Below, piece by piece: positions 1 through 7,201 of a stretch of DNA of 32,000 bases (position 1 is the stretch's first letter; every line of letters begins with the position of its first letter). A program made the position numbers and the translations under genes. This stretch comes from Candidatus Thorarchaeota archaeon (GTDB lineage Archaea > Asgardarchaeota > Heimdallarchaeia > Hodarchaeales > Hodarchaeaceae): contig JBHLRO010000016.1 in assembly GCA_048882505.1 (NCBI GenBank), positions 62,554 through 94,553 of the forward strand. Reading direction: 5' to 3'. The notes under the pieces are model-generated. The model saw only the letters and a program-made list of their open reading frames with translations, did not search any database and had not been told where the DNA came from.

Positions 1-513
1 TTTGCACGAGAAAACTCGCCGAGTATACTTTTCATTGACGAATTAGATGCTATCGGAAGTAAACGATTAGACATTGCCACCAGTGGGGATCGGGAGGTTC
101 AGCGAACTTTGATGCAATTACTTAGCGAATTGGACGGATTCTCCCCTCGTGGTGATGTCAAGATCATTGGAGCCACAAATCGGGTAGACATTCTAGATCC
201 TGCACTCCTACGACCAGGGAGATTTGATCGACATATTGAGGTACCGCTCCCCAATCTGGAGGAACGATTAGAGATTTTTAAGATCCATAGTCGTTTCATG
301 AATGTGAGTAAATCCGTTAGGTACGATTTTTTGGCCAATGAGACCGCTGATGCTTCAGGGGCGGATATTCGTGCTATAACCCAAGAAGCAGGGATGTATG
401 CAATCCGAGAGAGGCGGACCATTGTGAATTTTGAGGATTTCAAGGATGCTATCGATAAGGTCTTATCAAAAAGGCATGGTGAAATTCTCGCATCTAGGAA
501 CGAATATTTCTAA
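1..513 (+). CDS. pan: Proteasome-activating nucleotidase (AAA+ ATPase), 5'-truncated by the window edge
   Basis: Frame 1 is open from base 1: Walker B ILFIDELDAIG, SGDREVQRTLMQLL, second region of homology IIGATNRVDILDPALLRPGRFDR, C-terminal HbYX-like EYF. Confidence 0.92.
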   Translation, partial: FARENSPSILFIDELDAIGSKRLDIATSGDREVQRTLMQLLSELDGFSPRGDVKIIGATNRVDILDPALLRPGRFDRHIEVPLPNLEERLEIFKIHSRFMNVSKSVRYDFLANETADASGADIRAITQEAGMYAIRERRTIVNFEDFKDAIDKVLSKRHGEILASRNEYF

Positions 514-546
514 CTCCTTCGTTCTACTTTCATTTAAAGGGGAATC

Positions 547-1038
547 CTATTCATCCGAGAGAAGAGTGGAATGCTTGGTTTGGAATAAGACGTCTAGCAG
601 GTTTTTGAATGCATTAACGGCAACTAGGTGTTCTTCACGAGGGTGATGGAGTAGTTCTGGTTTCAACTGGGAAACAAGGGGGGTAACGAATTCATCCAAA
701 CTCACTGAACCATGTATCCAAAAGAAGAGAATCAATGCTTCAACACGATCAGCCACAAAGTCCTTTCTCCCGCGTAATCCCAATGTCTCCAGCCATAATG
801 ATTTTCGGTATGCTTCGGATAGTATTGAGTCCGAGACTTTAGTTCCAGTTGTCTTCTTAAGTACCAGACTTTTTGCGATAGAGTAAATTAGGTTAACTAA
901 TGCATCTCCGAGTTTGGCGTTACCTCGGTCGAGAATAAACCCAGTTAAATCCCTATGCTCGCGCGAAGATAAAGTAATATTGCCGAGAGTGGCCCTATGT
1001 TCTTGAAGATCTGTGAATGTTGCCACCCTCGACTCCAA
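547..1038 (-). CDS. Archaeal minimal RNase III-like protein (Ribonucleas_3_2 / Mini-III-like)
   Basis: AKLGDALVNLIYSIA matches the RNase III signature (LGDA); later VEALILFFW resembles the second catalytic helix; no dsRBD. Assignment from recalled similarity to Thermococcales PF0609-type proteins. Confidence 0.65.
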   Translation of the reverse strand: MESRVATFTDLQEHRATLGNITLSSREHRDLTGFILDRGNAKLGDALVNLIYSIAKSLVLKKTTGTKVSDSILSEAYRKSLWLETLGLRGRKDFVADRVEALILFFWIHGSVSLDEFVTPLVSQLKPELLHHPREEHLVAVNAFKNLLDVLFQTKHSTLLSDE

Positions 1039-1049
1039 ACTTGGAAATG

Positions 1050-1331
1050 TTAAGACTCGGAGATTTTGGTTTCAAAAACCTTCAATAGATCATCACATTT
1101 CCTAACGATCGCATCTGCGGCGTTTTGAAGAGCCACAACGGGATCTGTTCCAGCAGTTTGGAGATAAAAAATCGGATTCTCGAGGATGGGATGCGGTATA
1201 CGATACGCGGCAAATAGAACCCCTGGCTGATCCTTTAAGGATTCGCGGAGCATACTCAGAAATGTGTGGTTTTCTCCTATTATTTCAAACTCTAATAAGC
1301 TCTCTTCTTTACGTAATATCTTTGTTTGCAT
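1050..1331 (-). CDS. rpoL: DNA-directed RNA polymerase subunit L (Rpo11)
   Basis: GENHTFLSMLRESL...AAYRIPHPILENP motif. ATG at 1331 is preferred over GTG at 1340 because the SD-like GAGGTG overlaps the GTG. Confidence 0.93.
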   Translation of the reverse strand: MQTKILRKEESLLEFEIIGENHTFLSMLRESLKDQPGVLFAAYRIPHPILENPIFYLQTAGTDPVVALQNAADAIVRKCDDLLKVFETKISES

Positions 1332-1529
1332 AAAATTCACCTCGATCTTGATGCCCCGAAAGAATCACTGAAAGACCTTTTTGCTTGAATGATGGTTTTC
1401 GGAAGGAAACAGAGCTCATTCGGCTATTTTACGCAGTGTTTTGGATCTCTCTTTCAATTTTTTGGTGATTTTGATAATACATAGAGGGAAAACGCAGATG
1501 ATAAGCCGCCGAGAGTAGCAAAGATTCTA

Positions 1530-2516
1530 TTAGAAATAATGCGTATTTCTATTTACAGATTGAGTTTCTACATTAAGAATTTGTCCTGCAATTGCTTTAC
1601 TCAAATGAGGTGGAACACTCTCTCCTACCTGGTTAAAACAGGAGTCCAAATTTCCATAGAAACAAAAATCATCGGGATAGCTCATCAAACGAGCATGTTC
1701 GCGTACTGTACAAAGACGGGGTAAAAATGGATGGATAAAACGGGATTTTCCCATCACCGTAGGGCTAGGTTGGTCTAATAATAGGCGAATATAGTTTTTC
1801 AGATAGGTTCTATCCTGACTTCCCCTAAAATACACCAGAGCTCCGCCAGGAGGTGTTTTAGATATCTTACGTTCGAATGATGAAGGTGGAGGGACAAAAT
1901 CATGGTTCGGGATTCTTCCTGTGGATTGGGGAAGTGACCAAAAAGCATTGTTTACAGTTGAAACCTTGAAGCTCCTTTTGGCGGAAGGCGATCTGATCGG
2001 AACATTTGAAATAAAAACACGTTTTCGGTAACTCGGAATTCCAAATTCAACTGCCTCCAAAACATTGAATAAGATCTCATAACCCGAATGACCGAATTCA
2101 TGTCGAATTAGGCTTTGCATCTCAAGTGAAGCGACATTAACAACGTTTTCTATTATAAAGAACGATGGGCTCAGATCCGAGATTATTCGGATGGCGTGTA
2201 GCATCAAACGACCACCTTCATCATTATACAGTTGGTTATAAGCTGACTGTTTTCGGTCAGGATTGGCAGCGGAGAACGACTCGCATGGAGGAGAGGCTAT
2301 TACAATATCAGGAGACTTGCCGTTTAATAGCTCTAGGATCTCTAGAGAGTGAAGTTCTTGAACATCGCTTTCGATGACTTCTTCGACAGGAATGTTTGCC
2401 TGATAGGTCTCCAATGCTCGATAATCATGATCAATGGCGATTTTGATTTTCAATTTGGAGATTCCCTGTAGGAAACCGAATGAAAAGCCTCCGCATCCTG
2501 AAAAAAGATCAATCAA
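1530..2516 (-). CDS. DNA (cytosine-5) methyltransferase family protein
   Basis: Motif I DLFSGCGG, motif IV SPPC (catalytic Cys), motif VI ENV, motif VIII SYRKRVF, motif IX/X REHARLMSYPDDF...QVGESVPP. TTG start overlaps the upstream stop. Confidence 0.9.
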   Translation of the reverse strand: MIDLFSGCGGFSFGFLQGISKLKIKIAIDHDYRALETYQANIPVEEVIESDVQELHSLEILELLNGKSPDIVIASPPCESFSAANPDRKQSAYNQLYNDEGGRLMLHAIRIISDLSPSFFIIENVVNVASLEMQSLIRHEFGHSGYEILFNVLEAVEFGIPSYRKRVFISNVPIRSPSAKRSFKVSTVNNAFWSLPQSTGRIPNHDFVPPPSSFERKISKTPPGGALVYFRGSQDRTYLKNYIRLLLDQPSPTVMGKSRFIHPFLPRLCTVREHARLMSYPDDFCFYGNLDSCFNQVGESVPPHLSKAIAGQILNVETQSVNRNTHYF

Positions 2517-3015
2517 ATCGACCTTCTTCGCTCTCCTGTTTATCCAATAATCTTACTTTCTGAACTAATCCGTTTAAAAAAAGTGCCGTGAGCGCGATAG
2601 GATTAATATTAGAGCTGATCTCTTTCATATAAATACAGTCTCCTAAATCTAATTCCCTTCGGGTAAGACCCGGCGAAGAACCACCAACAGCTACTAAAAC
2701 CTTTTTAGTTTTTAAATTCGTGATAATCTGGTCATAAGGTACTGGTATCTGACTATAACGAGGAGCTACAAGTAAATAAACAATCTGGGGATCCAATGTT
2801 TCGATGATATCCTCGATACTTGAGAAAAAAAGTAGGTTTCCTCCAGCAGAAAACACCGTTTTTTGGGCCTCTGGGATTCCAATTGAGGCAGCTGCCGCAG
2901 TAATTTTGCTGTAGACTATATTTTTGCAGGATAACCCAATACATGTGTCGGCAAAGTATTTGACCGCCCTACGACTATTTGAATTATGAAATGCCATGAA
3001 CAAGTGCTTCAACAT
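2509..3015 (-). CDS. DUF2122/COG4080-like protein (predicted SPOUT-class RNA methyltransferase, often mis-annotated as RecB-family nuclease)
   Basis: FHNSNSRR..., AAASIGIPEAQK, VGGSSPGLTRRELDLG, INPIALTALFL match the recalled DUF2122 consensus (LHN..S, AAQ.GVP.AQK, GxEPGxxxREL). Confidence 0.68.
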   Translation of the reverse strand: MLKHLFMAFHNSNSRRAVKYFADTCIGLSCKNIVYSKITAAAASIGIPEAQKTVFSAGGNLLFFSSIEDIIETLDPQIVYLLVAPRYSQIPVPYDQIITNLKTKKVLVAVGGSSPGLTRRELDLGDCIYMKEISSNINPIALTALFLNGLVQKVRLLDKQESEEGRFD

Positions 3016-3146
3016 CCTATGACCTCCGAAAAAACATAAGTTTGAGTTGGTTTATTAACACAGTTTTATGGCAAGAACTTTAATTTGGAAAGAAAAAGGA
3101 AAGAAAACCACTCAAAAGGCGACCTAGGGAACGCCTTCAACAAGAT

Positions 3147-3260
3147 GTCGGGATATCCAAGCCTGGTATGGAGCCAGCCTGCTAAGCTGGTGAGTTTAAA
3201 TTCAATATGACTAATCGTATAGGAGAACATCTCTCGGGGGTTCAAATCCCCCTCCCGACG
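3147..3260 (+). tRNA. tRNA-Ser(GCT) with a 31-nt intron (3200-3230) in the variable-arm loop
   Basis: Acceptor GTCGGGA/TCCCGAC, anticodon arm CCAGC-CT GCT AA-GCTGG, T-arm GGGGG-TTCAAAT-CCCCC, discriminator G, no encoded CCA. BHB: central helix GTTT/GAAC, bulges AAA and ATC. Spliced length 83 nt. Confidence 0.92.
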
Positions 3261-3325
3261 TCAATCATTTCAAATGTTCAAGCACCGATTTTTCATACTA
3301 AATCAATGACTGAAGAATGACAAGA

Positions 3326-3476
3326 CGGGCCCGATGAGATTCGAACTCATGACCCCTGCGTATCTCCAAGGCCAGATTTTCCGGCCATTTCCGCAGCGCA
3401 GTACTCTAACTGGGAATAAATACGGACGTACTGAAAAAATCACGCCGCATAAATATCCAGGCTAAGCCACGGGCCC
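3326..3476 (-). tRNA. tRNA-Arg(GCG) with two introns: D-loop 20a/21 (3408-3454, 47 nt) and canonical 37/38 (3362-3390, 29 nt)
   Basis: Acceptor GGGCCCG/CGGGCCC, D-loop AGCCTGGATA with Arg identity A20, anticodon stem CTGCG/CGCAG, loop CT GCG GA after splicing, T-arm ATGAG-TTCGAAT-CTCAT. Spliced length 75 nt. Confidence 0.88.
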
Positions 3477-3564
3477 AGGTTCTGGGTATCACAAACTGGG
3501 ATCAGATTTAAGGATCTTACGACAACTTATGATTGATAAGCATTAATCTTATGATTTCTTTGTT

Positions 3565-4887
3565 TCAGCTTAGATCATTTACAATTCCGACTGCTATTGT
3601 TTGCCCCGAGTATCTGAGGATAAGCCGCCCAAGTTCGGGAAAATCTGCAAATTTCTCAACCACTAGGGGATTTTCCAAGATGAGGTCGACATCTACGAGT
3701 TCGTGTTCAAAAGCGATTGTTAACCTCCCTTCAAATTCGCGCGCGAAATTTTCATGTTGTGGATTTTTCCTAAGAATTTCATGAATCTTCGAGATCTGAG
3801 CAGGAGCATATGATGCGCCGCAATGCATGACTACAGAGGAGCCTGGAACAAAAGTACCTTCTAAAATGAGCAATCGTGCGCGTACAGTATATTTCAAAGA
3901 ATAATTTTGCCCTTGAGGGGCAAGAACTATCCCCTCTTCCAATTTATCCTTGTCTGTGTATCTCAAAAGAATGGAACCATGCTCGCCTGGATGGAGAGAA
4001 TCGGCTTTCGCAGTTTGGATCCAAATCTCCTTGATTTCATCATTCTCTCCAGATGGTAGGATCATTACGGGATCACCATTGCTTAACGTTGCGCCAATCA
4101 TTTTTCCCATTAACAACGTGCCAAAACCATGACGTTCGTCAAGATCATACACGATAAATCTCCCAGTGGAATTACTATTTGCAGCAATCCCTTCCAACGA
4201 GTTTAAGGCCTCGATCAGGGTAGGCCCCTTATACCATTGAAGGTTATCTGATGGTTGAGTTAAATTGTCTCCTGAGAACCCACTGATGGGGACGATGGGG
4301 ATCCTATCCAAATATTTTGTCCAAGGGGATTGAATTTCCAGTATAAACTGCTTTATCTTTGTTGCTGCGTCTGTGAAGAGTTCTTCACGAAAATCCACGA
4401 GATCCATTTTGTTTATTGCCACAATCAACTGGCTTATCCCTAATACCGATGCCAAGATAGCGTGTTCACGAGTTTGGCCCCCGGGACTTTGATCCTCTCC
4501 TATCTTCAAACCAGATTTCAGGTCGTTCGGAACTGCGCTAACTACCAATACACAAGCATCAGCTTGAACCGCGCCTCGAATCATATTTTTCACGAAATCA
4601 CGATGCCCAGGGGCATCAATGAGCATAAATCTGCGTTCCGAAGTTTCAAAGGGGAAAAAAGCGATATCTGACGTAATCCCACGTTGTCTTTCTTCAGGAA
4701 GAGAATCTAGGACGTATGCCCATTGCCACGAGTCCATATGATATTGAGTGGCTTCTTCTTTCAGTTTTTCCACCAATCTAGCATCTATGACGCCAATTTG
4801 AGCTAACATATGACCTAGTGTTGTGGATTTTCCATGATCTACATGGCCAATCCAAACCAAAGAAATGGTGGGCTTTTTTTTTACCAT
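3565..4887 (-). CDS. EF1A-family translational GTPase paralog (440 aa; Hbs1/eRF3-like degenerate domain II)
   Basis: GHVDHGKST, EERQRGITS, DAPGHRDFVKNMIRG, GQTREH, NKMD, SGFSGDNL, WYKGPTL; C-terminal ELGRLILRYSGQTIAVG. Lacks the conserved ETHH/GDNIGF pocket of domain II. Confidence 0.88.
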   Translation of the reverse strand: MVKKKPTISLVWIGHVDHGKSTTLGHMLAQIGVIDARLVEKLKEEATQYHMDSWQWAYVLDSLPEERQRGITSDIAFFPFETSERRFMLIDAPGHRDFVKNMIRGAVQADACVLVVSAVPNDLKSGLKIGEDQSPGGQTREHAILASVLGISQLIVAINKMDLVDFREELFTDAATKIKQFILEIQSPWTKYLDRIPIVPISGFSGDNLTQPSDNLQWYKGPTLIEALNSLEGIAANSNSTGRFIVYDLDERHGFGTLLMGKMIGATLSNGDPVMILPSGENDEIKEIWIQTAKADSLHPGEHGSILLRYTDKDKLEEGIVLAPQGQNYSLKYTVRARLLILEGTFVPGSSVVMHCGASYAPAQISKIHEILRKNPQHENFAREFEGRLTIAFEHELVDVDLILENPLVVEKFADFPELGRLILRYSGQTIAVGIVNDLS

Positions 4888-4981
4888 AAAACATTACCGA
4901 TTTGCTAGAGAAACGGTTCAAAAGTAGAAATCTAAATTATCCTAATGTAAAAAAAGGGAAAAAGGAACTGGGAAAATGGCG

Positions 4982-6511
4982 TCAGGAGGTGTATTTTCCT
5001 CTCTCTATTTTCTGTACTACGCCCACAGCAACGGTTTTTCCCGAGTCTCTTAAGGCAAAACGACCTAATGCAGGCGATTTTGCCAATGGTTCAACCACAA
5101 GTGGACTCAATGGAGTCATCCATATCATTCCTCGCTGCTGAGGAAGGAGCTGATCCGCTTCTTGGATTTGTGTCACACGACAGGCGACTTGAGCGGTGCC
5201 ACAATGCACGACAGGAGAATAATTTGTATGTATTCCCCACGCAACTTCCCCTTTCTTCTTCGCTTTTCCAAGTCCCCGAACAACAAGGACAAGAGACAAA
5301 AATCCGTCAACATTGGGTCTTAAAGCTTGCGCTGGGTCATTAGGATCACTAAGTACTGCACCACGAATTATGTCCTTGGCTCCAACATTCTTAGCTTTGA
5401 TGCTAAAGCCAATGTTGTCACCAGGAATGGCCTGGGGAAGAGTCTTATGAAATTCCTCGATAGTTTTAACGGAGATAGGTACTGGTTCTATCGACTGTTT
5501 TGTTGGTGAAACAACCATTTCTGTGTTTGGTTTTAAGACTCCACTCGAGACACGCCCAGTAAGAACCGTACCAACGCCACTTATGTTAAGAGTCTGCTGG
5601 ATTGGTAATCTAACAGGCTGTTTCATCAAAGCTTCTTTTCTTACGGCAGGAGACTCTAGGAGATCAAGAGCATCCAATAATGCGGGGCCTTCATACCAAG
5701 ATAACGCATCGAAACCCGCCTTAACATCCTCGATTTCCTTGTCAAGAGAAGCTATAAATTCCGCATCTCCACTTCCAGCCTTGGCAGCAGCAACATGGCC
5801 TTCTAGGTTTTTGAGTGTAGCTTCTTTCGAAAGGAGATTAACCCCAACCAAACCGCTAGTAGGAACATAATTGATTGCGTCTAGGTAGCGTTCTTTGTTT
5901 TCGATCTGTAGGGCACCCATTAATGTGGAAAAAGTTTGATGGATCGCAGTTTTGATCTGTTTAAACCTTTCTTGATCCCAATTAACATCATCCATCTTGT
6001 TAATTGCAACTACTATGTTGGTCACTCCAAGGGAGGTGAGAAGGAGCATATGCTCGGTAGTCATGCCAATAACGTTAGCGTATTTACCAGTTGCCTCTCC
6101 AGTTCTTTTTGTACCATCCTCAAATTCCCCTTTCCGGGCTGATACGACCAGGATAGCAGCATCTGCTTGGGATGCACCTGTAATCATGTTCTTAATAAAG
6201 TCACTATGGCCTGGCGCATCGATGAGATTGTAAACGTATTTCTTGGTCTTGAATTCCTGGAAAGAGATGTTAATCGTGAGGCCCCGTTCCCGTTCATCCA
6301 TCAGAGGATCCAAAATCCAGGCATACGACCAACTTGCCATTCCTTGGGTTCGACTATCCTTGTAGTATCTTTCTGCGATCCGCCAAGGTTGTCTTTTCTT
6401 TTTGGGATCATGGATCTGACCGAGTAAGAACAACATGTGGCCCAGACCAGTTGATTTTCCATGGTCGACGTGTCCTGTGACCACCAAATTCATTCTTTCG
6501 AGATCTGCCAT
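4982..6511 (-). CDS. EF1A-family translational GTPase (509 aa; divergent EF-1alpha or paralog with large insertions)
   Basis: GHVDHGKST, ERERGLTI, DAPGHSDFIKNMITGASQADAA, NKMD, ISGVGTVLTGRV, PGDNIGF, LGRFALRDSGKTVAVG; SD-like GGTGA upstream of the ATG. Confidence 0.9.
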   Translation of the reverse strand: MADLERMNLVVTGHVDHGKSTGLGHMLFLLGQIHDPKKKRQPWRIAERYYKDSRTQGMASWSYAWILDPLMDERERGLTINISFQEFKTKKYVYNLIDAPGHSDFIKNMITGASQADAAILVVSARKGEFEDGTKRTGEATGKYANVIGMTTEHMLLLTSLGVTNIVVAINKMDDVNWDQERFKQIKTAIHQTFSTLMGALQIENKERYLDAINYVPTSGLVGVNLLSKEATLKNLEGHVAAAKAGSGDAEFIASLDKEIEDVKAGFDALSWYEGPALLDALDLLESPAVRKEALMKQPVRLPIQQTLNISGVGTVLTGRVSSGVLKPNTEMVVSPTKQSIEPVPISVKTIEEFHKTLPQAIPGDNIGFSIKAKNVGAKDIIRGAVLSDPNDPAQALRPNVDGFLSLVLVVRGLGKAKKKGEVAWGIHTNYSPVVHCGTAQVACRVTQIQEADQLLPQQRGMIWMTPLSPLVVEPLAKSPALGRFALRDSGKTVAVGVVQKIERGKYTS

Positions 6512-6637
6512 TAAAATTCACCAGATTACAACGCATTTTTCACAATTAGGATTAAATAAGATGATAAAGCCGGACTTTTCGCTTTAATCCCACGAAGGAG
6601 CAAGCAAGGAGAAGGTTTATCATTTTTTTCCGAGTGA

Positions 6638-6934
6638 TCAAATAGATAAAACTGGATAAATGCCAATAATTTTATCCAAATGATTTGTTCCTCTGATAAT
6701 GGATTCTTTGAACTTACGAAGTTCTCCAGCCATCAATTTCATACAATGCCTTTCAGCGGAATCGGAACATGCCACATATTGAGTCGTTATAAAGTTGTTG
6801 ACTATGTTGAAAGTAGCCCGAAAGTGATGGTCTGGCTTAAAACCATGACCCTCACAGAGAAACTCCCATGTACCCCTGTTTAGGGATCTACTTGAAAGAT
6901 CATTTTCGAGATGTTTATCGAGTAGAATCGTCAC
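6638..6934 (-). CDS. Hypothetical protein (98 aa)
   Basis: ORF fills the gap between two minus-strand genes; GTG start; no recognisable motif. Confidence 0.35.
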   Translation of the reverse strand: MTILLDKHLENDLSSRSLNRGTWEFLCEGHGFKPDHHFRATFNIVNNFITTQYVACSDSAERHCMKLMAGELRKFKESIIRGTNHLDKIIGIYPVLSI

Positions 6935-7201
6935 GGATATTTTAAAACTGGTAACTATGCTGCTTATTCTCTCTTACTGCTTTCTTGGATGGCACGATAA
7001 GGGAATTTTGATTACTTCTAAGAGTTTCACGATTTAATCTCTTTTTTAGATCATTCCCCGTCTTTATTTGATTATAAGCTAACAAATCATTAATCCCCCT
7101 GAAAACAGAGGTGAATGGCACCTATATCAGCCTCCAGCTCATCATTAGGTAAGGGGAGCGGTTTTTTTAAAGATCAGTCTGTCTTTATACTGGATGATAA
7201 T

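Noticed and set aside
1530-2516. Type II restriction-modification system
   Set aside because: No adjacent endonuclease-like ORF; neighbours are housekeeping genes.
3565-6511. SelB or CysN assignment for the GTPases
   Set aside because: No SelB C-terminal extension and no cysD neighbour; DAPGH.DF.KNMI.GA.QAD and the domain III motifs are EF1A-type.
7131-7141. C/D guide targeting 16S (GAGCTGG complementary to CCAGCTC near the 515F region)
   Set aside because: Only 7 bp of complementarity, below the ~10-12 bp needed; chance level.
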